Source: Octopus vulgaris
Lineage: Eukaryota
Direction of reading: 5' to 3'
DNA length: 64,000 nt
Assembly: GCA_951406725.2 (NCBI GenBank)
Contig: OX597815.1
Location: 208,630,001 to 208,694,000 of the forward strand
The position numbers and the translations under genes are program-made. Below the pieces are notes generated by a model. That model saw only the letters and a list, made by a program, of their open reading frames with translations. It was not told the origin of the DNA and made no database searches. Position 1 is the first letter of the stretch. The number at the start of each line of letters is the position of its first letter. This document shows positions 35,885 to 49,181 of the stretch, in pieces.

Positions 35885-36232
35885 TAATAATAATAGCAAT
35901 CCTTTCTATTATAGGCACAAGGCCTCAAATCTTGGAGAAGGGGACTAGTAGATTACATTGACCCCAGTGCTTCACTGGTACTTATTTCATCAACCCCGAA
36001 AAGATGAAAGGCAAAGTCAATCTTGTCAGCCCGAGGCTATAGTAGAAGACACTTGCCCCAGGTGCCACGCACTGGGAACGAACCTGGAACCATGAGGTTG
36101 GTAAGCAAGCTACTTACCACGCAGTCACTCGTGTGCCTATGCTATTGTATATTTTTGAATAACATTGTAAGTAGCTCTGAGAGGCCAGGTGTAAAGCAGG
36201 TAGAATATTTTGGCTGGATATAGCCGGTTTAA

Positions 36233-36440
36233 CCCTTTAGTGTTCACATTATTCTGCCAAAATTAATGCTTTTTTATTCACATCGTTTTTAATTAATCAT
36301 GCATTATCTTGTAACTATGAAAATTTGATGAGGTAGCTGTTAATTTTTAAAACGATATTGAGAGACCAGATCTGGCCAGTTTGAACATAAAACAAGCAGA
36401 ATACTTTTGGCCAGATATAACCGGTTTAAATGCTATAGGG
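36233..36440. mobile_element. piggyBac-like MITE family B adjacent to older MITE remnants
   Basis: TTAA|CCCTTTAGTG ... ATGCTATAGGG. Confidence 0.75.
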
Positions 36441-37604
36441 TCAATAATGACAATCAGTTTACTAAATTCTTCATTATTTTAGAAAAAGAATTAAAATGAA
36501 GGCAGTGTATTTCGGCAGAAATCTGGTAACTGAGGCATTAGCACATGTAACATGGAGGATTCACATGACTAGATTTGTTGCAAGGAAAGAAATAGAATGA
36601 TTATATTTTGTGCCAATAACACTTGCCATTCCAGCAAACAAGGAAATATACAAATCATTACCGTTGTTGTTGTTGTTATTTTAATGTCCACATTTCCATG
36701 CTTGCATGGGCCTATTGAAGTTTATCGAGGTAGATTTTTCTGTGGCTGGATGCCTTTAACTGTTTCCAAGCAAGACAATATGTTCACATGGTCAAACCAT
36801 GTTTCTGCAGAATATTGGAAGTGAGTGATATTCACGTACAGCAATCACGCAATGTGACGACAAGGTAACACAAGCTCTCTCACACACACACACACACACG
36901 TATATACTCGCATGCACAAGCATAAATATATTTATATAGACATGTATACATACACACATACATGCAATATATATATGTATACACACATATGAACACGCAT
37001 GAAAACATACAAATATATATATATATATATATCATCATTATACATCTACCTTCCATGCCGGCATGGGTTGAACATATATATATATAATTTACAAAAATAA
37101 GGGCAAATTTTTGTAAATTATTTATAAATTTAACCTTTAAAGGTATTTTTCGATATGCTGGCCATTGATAAAATTTTTATCCTACATTAGTTATATATAT
37201 ATATATATATATATATACAAAATTTAGAGGAATGACCACTAAAAGTGGACGGCCTGTATGCTAGATATAGACGTCAAAATCGCCATTTTCCATGGAGAAT
37301 TTGTTCTCAAGAAAAAAATCAGCAAAAAATCAAAAAAAACCCCAAAACCAATTTTTTCCTGAATTTTTTGCTATATATATATATATATGGTAAGTTTCTT
37401 TTAGTTTCTATCCTTCCAAATCTACTCAAAGCCTTGGTCAGCCTGGGGCCTTAATAGAAGATGACTTGTCCAAGGTATTGTGCAATGGGACCAAACCTGA
37501 GTGCATGTGCTTTGGAAGCAAATCCTCAACAACACAGCTACATAACGATGTGGATTAAGTTACTTGATCAACTGAATTAATTACTTGCTCATTGAATTAG
37601 CATC

Positions 37605-37892
37605 ACTTGATTGGCTTCCTGTGCTGGCGGCACGTAAAAAGCACAATCTGAACAGGGGCCAATGTCAGCCCCCCATCCCCTAACTGGCTCCCGTGCCGGT
37701 GGCATGTAAAAAGCACCCACTAGGCTCTTGGAGTGGTTGGCATTAGGAATGGCATCCAGCTGTAGAAACATTGCCAGATCAGATTGGAGTCTGGTGTGGT
37801 CTCCTGGCTTGCCAGTCCCAAGTCAAACTGTCCAACCCATGCCAGCATGGAAAACGGACATTAAACAATGATGATGATGATGATGATGATGA
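37605..37892 (+). mobile_element. Family C retroelement with two modules
   Basis: GGCACGTAAAAAGCAC modules, GGCATCCAGCTGTAG, (GAT)n tail. Confidence 0.85.
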
Positions 37893-39134
37893 TTTACCAT
37901 ACCTTAAAGTAGTGAGCTGACAAAATTATTAACATGTTGGACAAAACGTTTTGCAGCTTTCCTTCCAACTTTTCACTTTCTAAGTTCAAATTTCCAACGA
38001 GGTCAACTATGCCTTTCATTCTTTTGAGGTCAATAAAATAAGTATTGATTGAATTAATGCAATCCATTAAACCCATGCTCTAAAATTGCTGGTCTTGATG
38101 CCAAGATTTGAAACCATTATTAGCCACAATTTATTGGGTTCAGATTTCATCAAATTAACTTTGCCTTTCATCCCTCTGAGGTTGGTAAAATAAATTACTA
38201 CTCAAATACTTGGAACAATGCTGTTGACTAACACCACCCCTTCAGATTGCTGGTCTTACTTGTAAATCAGAAATTGTTATTATCAAAACCTTATTTTTGT
38301 TGTTGTTGTTTTTCTTCTGTCATTGAAGCAGTTCTGATCTCGTTTTGATTCCCAGGGGATGCTGTTTTGTTAATGTCTTTAAGACTTATTTCCCAGATTA
38401 GCTTCGAAATAAATTAGCAATCATTGCCACAGGTATTTGTCCAAATTCTTAATTCTAAACACAATCATTCTATACGTACCTTTTTGATAATCTGCACATC
38501 ATAAAAGTTCAAATGGTCAGAAATAGGTTGAAAGAGGGACTGCAGTATTGTTAAGGATCAGTTTCAGGATTCTTGTTTGAATTATTGTGTGTTGAAGCTA
38601 AGAGGTAGCCAGAACAATTATAGATTTTGAAAGAGAAACATTTCAATATTTGCTTAGATGATCCGAATTATTATCGTTATAATTCCATCATTACTGAATT
38701 TATGAATGTTAATCATATGAAGACATGAGCATAATGACGTTGCTCAGGTGGAATGGTTAGTAATCAGTTCTTATTATGATGCTCTGCTTGTGGTTGATGA
38801 AGCTGATATTTATTGAAGGTTCACGCAGGATTTAGTTATTAACATTTGACCATCATCTGAAATATAAAAATCTTCATTTTACACAAGTCCATTTAAAACA
38901 TTGCTTTCTCTGCTTAACATTGGTACATGGCAACAAAATAGGTTTCTATAAAGGCTTATTAAATTAATGAAATTAACTGTTGCTGTAAGTATGGATGTGT
39001 GGCCACAGAATTTGCTTTGTATTAAAGTGGTTTTAGGTTCTGTTCTACTGGTTGCACTTTGGGCACATATTTTCTGCTTTAGCTTGAGGTTGACCTGTTA
39101 TTGTAAGAGAACTTGATTGATAGAAATTGGATGG

Positions 39135-39529
39135 CAGCGAGCTGGCAGAAACATTAGCAGGCTGGGCGAAATGCTTAGCGGTATTTCGTCTGCCGCTACG
39201 TTCTGAGATCAAATTCCATCGAGGTCGACTTTGCCTTTCATCCTTTCGGAGTCGATAAATTAAGTACCAGTTACACACTGGGGTCGATGTAATCGACTTA
39301 ATCTGTTTGTCTGTCCTCTCTGTGTTTAGCCCCTTGTGGGTAGTAAAGAAATAGGTATTTCGTCTACCACTTCGTTCCGAGTTCAAATTCTGCCGAGGTC
39401 ATCTTTGCCTTTTGGGGTCGATTAAATAAGTACCAGTTATGCACTGGGGTCAATGTAATTGACGTAATCCATTTGTCTGTCCTTGTTTGTCCCCTCTGTG
39501 TGTAGCCCCTTGTGGGCAATAAAGAAATA
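39135..39529 (+). mobile_element. SINE family B dimer with 13-bp TSD
   Basis: AGAAATTGGATGG at 39122-39134 and 39530-39542. Second body starts at about 39354. Confidence 0.9.
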
Positions 39530-39975
39530 AGAAATTGGATGGTTATTTGTCAGATATCTGTATGTTTGAATGTGTCTTCACATGACAGCGTCTGACCTAA
39601 GCAGTGATGCCATTGTTTACATTCCCTTAACCAATGGATCTGTGTCTCTGCACTTTCAACTTGTAACGACTGGTGGAATAACAAATTCCTTTATGTGAAA
39701 ATTAAATGGGTAGGGTTGATGATGGGAAAAACATCCAGCCTTAAAATGTGGCCTCAATAATTCATCATCGAGCCCAAACCAGCATGGAAAAGCTGATTTA
39801 AGACAAACAAATTAATGTATGAACCATGTGTCTTAACTCTTGAACATTTAAACCATCCATATCCAGCCTGAATATTTTATGCTCCAGCTGGTTAGTACCG
39901 ACTTCTCACATCTACCTTACAATGGCATTCTAAAAGAATAAACCATAACATGATCAAAGTTTCAAAGCTATGAGA

Positions 39976-40828
39976 GGTTGGTTTCACATTTTGGCACATG
40001 ACCAGCAAGTTTGAGGGATAAGGGATGGTCGATTACATCAACCCACGTGCTAAACTGGTACTTATTTTTTCGACCCAGAAAGGATGAAAGGCAAAGTCAA
40101 CTTTGGCAGAATTTGAACTCAGAACGTTAAGACGGACGAAATGCCAGTGAGCATTTCACCCTGTGTGCTAACGATTCTTATTTCTTTACTACCCACAAGG
40201 GGCTACACAGAAGGGACAAACAAGGACAAACGGATTAAGTCGATTATATCTACCCACGTGCTAAACTGGTACTTATTTTTTCGACCCAGAAAGGATGAAA
40301 GGCAAAGTCAACTTTGGCAGAATTTGAACTCAGAACGTTAAGACGGACGAAATGCCACTGAGCATTTCACCCTGTGTGCTAACGATTCTTATTTCTTTAC
40401 TACCCACAAGGGGCTACACAGAAGGGACAAACAAGGACAAACGGATTAAGTCGATTATATCGACCCCAGTGCGTAACTGGTACTTATTTTAATCGAGCCC
40501 GAAAGGATGAAAGGCAAAGTCGACCTCGGCAGAATTTGAACTCAGAACGTTAAGACGGACAAAATGCCACTGAGCATTTCACCCTGTGTGCTAACGATTC
40601 TTATTTCTTTACTACCCACAAGAGGCTACACAGAGGGGACAAACAAGGACAAACGGATTAAGTCGATTATATCGACCCCAGTGCATAACTGGTACTTATT
40701 TTAATCGACCCCGAAAGGATGAAAGGCAAAGTCGACCTCGGCAGAATTTGAACTCAGAACGTTGTGGCAGACGAAATAGCACTAAGCATTTCGCCCGGCG
40801 TGCTAACCACTCTGCCAGCTCACCGCCT
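39976..40828 (-). mobile_element. SINE family B tetramer inserted in a degenerate MITE B
   Basis: Four ~210-bp units. AAAGCTATGA duplicated at 39964-39973 and 40830-40839. The last unit has the alternative tail. Confidence 0.88.
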
Positions 40829-41822
40829 TAAAGCTATGAAATAATGTTGAATTCAAAACGATGAGTCTAAATAAACCTTACATTTGACAGAGTAATCTGA
40901 ATGCTAAAAGGTCAAATGGGTTGTCTACTTACTAGACTTGAGTTCTATTTAAGATCACAAACTAGAATGTAGTTTTGCTTGATATGTTTGTAGGCTTCTT
41001 TGCATATGGTAATAATATATAGAACTACTGGTTTTTGATGTTTGTAAAGCTTATATCTTGTATTTCATAAGGATACATTCACTGTGCTGCAAATAATTAA
41101 TATATGAATTTGAAGTAGATTCAGATACGTATATAAAGGTGACTAAACTGATTGATGGTGTTCAGTTTCATTTATTGAAAATCCACAGAAATTAAGTCAA
41201 TTATGAGATTTTCTCTGGCTCACTGGAACTACGTATGAGACAAAAAAAAAAAAATTTTTTTTCAATAATGTTGATGTAATCAGAAAAGTTAATATAAATT
41301 GCAAATGCAGTCTGGACTTTTACTGTTAGAGGCCATCCTTATCTAGCTCTGGACAGACATACCTATAGCATATGAACTGTCAATCAAATATTTATAGAAC
41401 CTATAAAATGAACATGTCTCAACATGTTACTGGTATTTATTTATTCAGTCAACTGTTGAAGGATGAAATATTCATTGAGTAGTTTTCATATCAGAAGCTG
41501 GTTTATTTAGTTTGACGATAAGCCGTTGCTCAGTTGTTAATAAAATGTCATTTTTAGTTTGATCGAATTAGTATCATCCTGTTATGAAGCTAGGCTATTT
41601 TCTCTCTTCGATATTAAGCATCTTAGAGAATGGTTAGTATTAATAAAGGAAGCAATGAAATAGAATACAACCAGAGAGATGCTAGCTTCAAAAAATCAAT
41701 AGAAATTTGTCTAGTTACTTCCTTCTATACAATAATTGATATAAAAAGATTATCACTACCTTATTTCAAAATTAGTTATAGAATAATTCAGCTAGTATAT
41801 AACTATGACATTGCTATATACA

Positions 41823-42136
41823 AGGCGGCGAGCTGGCAGAAACGTTACCGCGCCGGGTAAAATGCTTAGCGGTATATCGTCTGTCGTTACGTTCTGAGTT
41901 CAAATTCCGCCGAGGTCGACTTTGCCTTTCATCCTTTCGGGGTCGATAAATAAAGTACCAGTTTTGCACTGGGATCGATGTAATCGACTTAATCCCTTTG
42001 TCTGTCCTTGTTTGTCCTCTCTGTGTTTAGCCCCTTTGGGCAGTAAAGAAATAGGTATTTTGTCTGAGTTCTGAGTTCAAATTCCGCTGAGGTCGACTTT
42101 GTCTTTCATCCTTTCGGGGTCGATAAATAAAGTACC
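41823..42136 (+). mobile_element. SINE family B, monomer plus partial second body
   Basis: Same AAAGAAATA|GGTATT junction at about 42053. Confidence 0.88.
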
Positions 42137-42147
42137 TCTTTAAATGT

Positions 42148-42434
42148 GTGAAAGCACATGACACAGTGGTTAGAGCATTGGGCTCACAATCATGAGGTTG
42201 TGAGTTCGATTCCCAGACTAGTCGGTGTGTTGTGTTCTTGAGCTAGACGTTTTATTTTACATTGCTCCAGAAATGAGTTGTGACATCACTGGTGCCAAGC
42301 TCTGTTGGCCTTTGCCTTTTTCATTTGGATAACCTTGGTGGCATGGAGAAGGGATGCTGGTATGCATGGTCGACTGCTGGTCTTCCGTAAATGACTTTGC
42401 CTGGACTTGTGCTTTGGAGAAGAACTTTCTAGGT
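42148..42434 (+). mobile_element. tRNA-derived CORE-like SINE (family E)
   Basis: CAGTGGTTAGAGC A box, GAGTTCGATTCC B box, GTGTTCTTGAGC core. Homologous to 62020-62347. Confidence 0.78.
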
Positions 42435-42520
42435 CATTCACTCTTTTACCTGATTTAGCTATTCACACAGACACTGGTTGGAAACTTTTGAATAGAGTTA
42501 TTTAAAAAAATCTTTTTGCA

Positions 42521-42909
42521 TAGGCGCAGGAGTGGCTGTGTGGTAAGTAGCTTGCTAACGAACCACATGGTTCCGGGTTCAGTCCCACTGCGTGGCATCT
42601 TGGGCAAGTGTCTTCTACTATAGCTCCGGGCCGACCAATGCCTTGTGAGTGGATTTGGTAGACGGAAACTGAAAGAAGCCCGTCGTATATATGTGTGTGT
42701 GTGTGTGTGTTTGTATGTCTGTGTTTGTCCCCCTAGCATTGCTTGACAACCGATGCTGGTGTGTTTACGTCCCCGTCACTTAGCGGTTCGGCAAAAAGAC
42801 TGATAGAATAAGTACTGGACTTACAAAGAATAAGTCCCGGGGTCGATTTGCTCGACTAAAGGCGGTGCTCCAGCATGGCCGCAGTCAAATGACTGAAACA
42901 AGTAAAAGA
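42521..42909 (+). mobile_element. SINE family A, full length
   Basis: Consensus match. Confidence 0.92.
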
Positions 42910-44210
42910 ATATAACACATTCTTGACTGCATGATAATTTTAAAAAAATCATCCTCTTCAGCATTGTTTTAATGTCCACATTTCCATGCTTATATGGATT
43001 GAGCAAAGTTTTTGAGTATATGGTGAGCTTATTTCCAGCTTTTTGTCTACCAAATCCACGAGGCAGTTACAAGGCTATAGTAGAAGAGACTTAGCCAAGG
43101 TGCCATGCAGTGGGACTGAAACTGAAACTATGTGGTTGGCAGACAAGTTTTTGAAGTAGACTGGCACATCTGCACATTGGATTAGTTTCAGTCAGTCACA
43201 GAGTACCTCTCTGAGGTCTAAGAGACACTGTTTATAAATCCACTTTTGCTAAGGGCTTAGATATATATTCTGTAGTATAGCATAGCATTGAAATAAAGTT
43301 TTATATTTGCACAAATTGGAGCTGCTTATTTGAATATATGACACATTCGTGGAAGCTAGTTTCATTAATAATTCAGTTCTGTGGGACCGAAAGTTTTGCA
43401 AGCCCTTAAGAAGAACCTATCTCTTTTAGGCTTTAGATTTCTGAATACAAAGCTGGAAAGAGACAGCCTCCTGTTAGGGGCCTATAAAACTTTAAATTGC
43501 ACAGAACCGAATCAAATTGTTTTAAATAGCACATGTAACTTCTAAATGTGTTTAATACCCTTTCCTTTCATTTCTTGACTCACTCCCTCCTGATGTAAGC
43601 CAAAAAACAAGGTCTGGAAGACGCATAGTGGGACAACAGACTTTTGATACTAGTCTGATGAAGTGCTTCTCTAATGTCTAAAATCCCAAACATTATGTAA
43701 ATTCTCATTTAGAATCATTTTGTAAACTGGCATTGAAAATAGAATTGGTACAGAAACAGCTGTAACGAATCATTAAAGACGTGTTAAAGAATTTTCTTCA
43801 TTTTCTTCATCTCATTCGTCTATATATACATACATATATATATATCGTGATGTAAATATGCCATTTGAATATGGCTAACCCCTAAGGGTGGATGCTACTG
43901 TAGTTTTTAGCCCCAAGAAGACATCTCCTCCAGCTGGCTATAGACACACTTTCTGTGCCCTATCAGTATTTGCAAAGGGAAGCCATCCTTCCCGTCTTCA
44001 ACTTATGATACACATGGACCCGAGTTTCAAGGTATTGACCTATCATCAGCGTGTGATAATCACAGTTGTCGATAGGAAGGAGGTCCTCTTTACAAATACA
44101 TATACTTTTTCCAGTGTTCAGTGACACTGATATTGAAAAAGTGAAATCAAACAATGATAAATATCAGAGTGAGTTATCAACAGTAGCAGAAACACATATA
44201 TATATATATA

Positions 44211-44424
44211 GTTAATCCAAACAAGAAAACACAAAAAAAAACAAACAAAACACAACAACGCGAGGACGTGGAACAAATATAGTATTGTTGGACGCTCAGG
44301 AAAGAAGGGAAGAAGGAGGGCTTAATGTTTCGAGCGGAGCTCTTCGTCGGAAACATAGAAGAAGGAAAGATCCCGAGAAGGGAAGACAGAGGAAAACAAA
44401 TCACCAGCGGTACTCACGAGGTCA
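44211..44424 (-). mobile_element. H1-type hammerhead repeat next to (TA)n
   Basis: Minus strand 44321-44354 reads GTTT CCGACGA A GAGC tcc GCTC GAAA CA TT AAG. Homologous to 30268-30473. Confidence 0.72.
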
Positions 44425-45114
44425 CAAAGATAAAGATGAAGTATTCACATGTTTCTGCTGCATAGAATGTTGGCCAAAAAATGTCTAGATATACAGTGTA
44501 GTATTGAAAGACAGTCCAATGACTGAAATAAGTAGGTGATTCAAGATATCTGCTAATTAGCATATTTGTCATTTTCCCGTCTGATAATATAATTTTAATC
44601 TATTTTCTTATATCATTAATAAAATTTGTATTCATCATTCTGACTTTGTCCTCTGCTTCTAGAGTATCAGGTAGAAGTCACAGCAACTCAGAATGTCTTC
44701 TCTTTTCTGTCTCTTTGGAAATTTCCATTGTTCTTTCCCATGGCATTACTAATACTGAGACAGCATTGTTGTATTTATTTGTGATCTTAAGTATTCATCT
44801 TTGTTTATTATCTATAATAGTTCATTGACTAATTGATTAACTGCTCTTAATATAATCAATACTAATTAACTAGTGACTAATCAATATTAGCAGAAATTAT
44901 TCAATATTAAAGTTTGAATATTAAACAGTGTTTCATTTCAAAGCTATTTGGTTTTATAGAATATATCTTCTGTCTTTTACTTGTGTCAGTCTTTGGGCTG
45001 TGGCCATTCTGGAGGACTGCCGCAAAAGGGTTTATTTGAACAAATTAACCTTAGTATTTACCTTTTAGTCTATTACTTATTCTGTCAGTTTCTATGGCCA
45101 GACTGCTAAGTTAA

Positions 45115-46433
45115 CCCTTTCGATACCAACCCGGCTGAAACCGTCTTTGGCTCTGTAGTACAAATGTCTTGTTTTCATAAGTTCTGAATTAAAGTCTTGC
45201 ACTAAACCTTAGTCACAATTTATGTTCCTAACACTAGCTGAATGATAACTAAGTTATTTTACGAAATTCTTTGTTATAGTTAAAATTAATTAAAAGAAAC
45301 ACAGAACATCTATATATATAAAACTGAACTTGTGTGTCTGTGTGTGTATCTGTGTGTGTGTCTGTGTGTTTAATTTCCCGGCACATCTCCTCCTAGCCAA
45401 CAAATCGTAGAACCACCAAAAATGGGTCACTTAAAGTTTAGCCGAATGAAAATTGAACTGCACTATTTCTGTTCCGAAATTCATCCCGCAAGTGCAAAAA
45501 TCGATAATGTGTTTGTTTAGGCCTTATCCCGTGCATTGAATAGTGAACTTTACTCAGTCAGCTGTTTGACGTGAACTGTGTTCACCACACGTGCGAGCAT
45601 GCGTAAATTGCATGAAAAATAAAAAAATCAAGATATAAAAACGAATCGCGATAAACATTGTAGAAATTCAGCAAAGAAATAAATTTTCGGGATGTAGCCT
45701 GGATGTTTTTTCCTATTAATCGTTTGGACTTTGTGAACACATACTAATTGTTTTCATAACATTTTTAACGCTTTGAATTAAATGAGACCATTGAGTCTGC
45801 AGTTTGAATCACTTTAACCAAATTTTAGCAGGCCGGATTTTTGATCATCACGATACATTGCCAGCGACTCCCTAAAACTCTCCCCTGAAATCCCCGTTGA
45901 GAAATCTATATATATAAAACTCAACTTGTGTGTCTGTGTGTGTATCTGTGTGTGTGTCTGTGTGTTTAACTTTTGGATCTACCAAGTTTCATTATTAAGG
46001 ATAGAAAGTAGTGTGTAGCAAATCTCTCTATATAAAGCTGAAGTTGTCTGTGTGTGGCAGGTTTGGCAGCCTTCAACTAACACTATCTCCTTCGAGACCC
46101 TGCAGTTCAAGTTCACTAAAATTGAGAGTATGATAGAAGAAAGCTTGTTCTTCATTCTGTAGAAGATAAAATTCAAATTGGACCATGTTAAGACCAAAAA
46201 TTATTTACATCAAAAAGGTGCTTTTTTTCCATGAAAATCTCTATTTTTTTACAATTTTTTGACTGCTGTGTCACCATTTTTCGGTGTATTTCAACTGGAA
46301 AAATGAAGAGAATAACAAGTTGCATAATGCAAAATTTTTACTTTTCAAAAATTCCAATTCTAAAGGGTCGAAACAAACCCAAGCAACACCGGGCGATACT
46401 GCTAGTCTCAAAATGAATATGTTAATGAAAGGG
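45115..46433. mobile_element. MITE family A inserted at TTAA in an old SINE A (44975-46510) and itself interrupted by a Helitron
   Basis: TTAA|CCCTTTCG at 45111-45122 and GAAAGGG|TTAA at 46427-46437. SINE sequence continues on both sides. Confidence 0.88.
45309..46405 (+). mobile_element. Non-autonomous Helitron (composite)
   Basis: Inserted between A and T of the MITE (GAACA|TCTCAAA) with no TSD. 5' TCTATATATATAAAA, 3' CCCAAGCAACACCGGG subterminal hairpin remnant and CTAG end. Confidence 0.88.
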
Positions 46434-46512
46434 TTAAAGGGACATAAAGAAACCAGCATAGGTTGTTTAGCAGTGGGCAGGGACAAACACACACATATGT
46501 GTGTACATATGC

Positions 46513-46840
46513 ACTTATTCTTTGTAAGCCCAGTACTTATTCTATCGGTCTCTTTTTGCCGAACCGCTAAGAGACGTGGACGTAAACACACCAGCATCGG
46601 TTGTCAAGCAATGCTAGGGGGACAAACACAGACACACAAACATATACACACACATGCACATATATATACATATATACGACAGGCTTCTTTCAGTTTCCGT
46701 CTACCAAATCCACTCACAAGGCATTGGTCGGCCCGGGGCTATAGCAGAAGACACTTGCCCAAGATGTCATGCAGTGGGACTGAACCCGGAACCATGTGGT
46801 TAGTTAGTGAGCTACTTACCACACAGCCACTCCTGCGCCT
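46513..46840 (-). mobile_element. SINE family A (tail missing)
   Basis: Consensus match. Confidence 0.88.
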
Positions 46841-46956
46841 GGAAAGTTTTACAGATTTTTACAGTTCCAATGGATTTGTAGTTTTCGAATCAGGTTTCTC
46901 CTTTTTGGTTTTGAGAAACCTAATTTCTCAAGATTGGTATTATAGGCAGTGTGTTA

Positions 46957-47209
46957 CATCATCATCGTTTAGCATCCGCTTTCCATGCTAGCATGGGTTG
47001 GACGGTTCAACTGGGGTCTGGGAAGCCAGAAGGCTGCACCAGGCCCAGTCTGATCTGGCAGTGTTTCTACGGCTGGACGCCCTTCCTAACGCCAACCACT
47101 CCGTGAGTGTAGTGGGTGCTTTTTACGTGCCACCGGCACAGGTGCCAGACGGAGCTGGCAAACGGCCACAGACGGATGGTGCTTTTTATGTGCCACCGGC
47201 ACGGAGGCC
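46957..47209 (-). mobile_element. Family C retroelement
   Basis: Near-identical to 25947-26200. Confidence 0.88.
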
Positions 47210-47671
47210 AATGTGTGTATATATGTGTGTGTGTGTGCATGCATATAACATGCTTCCATATGATTTCTGGCTCTCATATTCACTTAATTGACATTGGTTG
47301 GCATGAAGTCAAAGACAGTTGCCGAAAGTGGTGTGCAGTGGGATTGAAATCAAAGCCACATGGTTGCAAAGCAGGCTTCTTTACCACATAAGCCATGCTT
47401 GGACCTATATCTCTATATTTTTATTCAATGCTATATATATAGTAAGAAAAGTGGGGAAGAGAATTTCGATTATCCCTAACTGGTGACTGGTAATGCAAAA
47501 AATATAGAAGGAAAATTCATAGAGTTTACATAATTCTAATATATTTTAAATGAAAGAATATTGTGATTGTTGACCGGTTTCCCTTTCATTAATCATTACA
47601 TTGAAATTACTGTGATTTTGTATTTTCTTAAGATTTTGTTCTGGTATGAAAGTTTGCGAATGAATCAAGTT

Positions 47672-48966
47672 TTAGGTTGGCAACTAAGTTCCCGCAGTTT
47701 TTTTAAAAATTTAAATCTTTTAAATGGTTTGATAAAAAATAACAACTAATTAATCAATGTATTCACCTGTGTTGTTTACAACTTCTTCCCAATGTTCAAC
47801 AAGAATTTCAATACCTCATTGGTAGAAATCACCTGATTTCGACTTGAAAAATTGATCTAACCAAGCTCTCAATTCTGCATCAGTATTGAATGAAACTCTG
47901 TGCATAGCATTTGAAAGAGATGGAAAGAAGTGGAAATCCGTTGGTGCCAAATGATGAGAGTACAGTGGGTGTGGCAGCACTTCCCAGCCATGCGTTTGAA
48001 TGGCTTCCTTGGTCATATTGGCGATATAAGGGTGGGCATCGTCATGCAGCAGAACTCCATGCTGATGATTAGGTCTTTTCTCTTGAATAGCCGTATTGAG
48101 TCATTCCTTCTGTTGAACATAGAGTTCCGCGTTGACTGTTTGGTTCCGTTCAAGCAATTCGTAATGGATAATCCCTTCCCTGTCCCACAATATGCACAAC
48201 ATCGTTTTACGCGGATGAAGATCTTGTTTCACGTGTGGTGTCACTTGTTTACCAGGGTTAAGCCATTCCTTACGCTGCTTCATATTGATGTACAGGCACC
48301 ATTTTTTGTTGCCAGTAATGAATCGGTAAAGAAATCGTTGATTGTGTCCATGAGTTGAGCAGTGACGAGCAAGCAAACTAGTGGAGATTGTGGCTCGTTG
48401 ATTTTTGTTGTTGTCACTTAAAGCATGCGGAACCCGTGCTCCACACTTCTGAACCTTTCCCATCAAGTGAAGATGCTTCTCTATAGCAGTGTGGGACCAT
48501 TCCACTTTCTCTGCCAATTGTCTTGTCATTTGACGAGAATTTTCGTGCAAAAGTTGGTTTAATCGCTCCCCATTGAACTGAACTGGATGGCCAGAACGAG
48601 GTGTGTCTTTAAGGTCAAAATTTCCATTTTTGAACTTGGCATACCAATCACAAGCGGTTCTTTCAGCTATAGCATCCTCTCCATACACTGCACAAATGTT
48701 GTGAGCAGTTTTTGTGACCTTACAACCTTGATTAAAAGCTAAAAGAAGGAGGTGTTGAAAATGCTCGTTTTTCTTAACTTGACATTTTAATGATCTGAAA
48801 ACAAATAAAAATTAACTAAAATTAACTAGAAAAAAACAAACAAAAACAAAATAGATTCTAAAATGATTCAAAAATATAATTCTCGAAAAAAATCAATTCC
48901 AAAATTTAAAAACGCAATAAATTCCAAAGTTTAAAAGACATGGTGGGAACTTAGTTGCCAACCCAA
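47672..48966 (-). mobile_element. Full-length decayed mariner (DD34D) DNA transposon, ~1.3 kb
   Basis: TIRs TTAGGTTGGCAACTAAGTTCCC / GGGAACTTAGTTGCCAACCCAA, TA on the right, internal transposase. Confidence 0.95.
47750..48788 (-). pseudogene. Mariner transposase pseudogene
   Basis: Track ORFs 48101..48688 and 47816..48016 share a frame. Motifs RVPHAL (WVPHEL-like), ITGNKKW (first catalytic D lost), LLHDDA...YSHHLAPTD with 34-residue spacing. Two premature TGA stops. Confidence 0.93.
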
Positions 48967-49181
48967 TATTATTGAGAGGTTGCAAGACATGAGGGAAATT
49001 ACAGAAAAAAAGAAATAAGTAAATGAATGGAAATTGAACTGGTGAATTTGTTAAGTAATAAAGCACTGAAAGAGAATTACTCTCCCCAGACACAAAAATA
49101 TATATATATAGATTGTTGTAAACACTTTTGTCTTATGTATACATATAAAAATATTTCTATGAAAATATAACCCTATTGGTT

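Noticed and set aside
43880-43952. Twister or HDV-like ribozyme candidate (TAGCC/GGCTA stems)
   Set aside because: Only a simple hairpin could be drawn. The required pseudoknots and catalytic residues were not found.
46284-46991. 235-aa ORF and the many RQASFSFRLPNPLTR or DTCPRCHAVGLNPEP ORFs
   Set aside because: Antisense read-through of SINE A. The ORF crosses unrelated Helitron, MITE and SINE boundaries.
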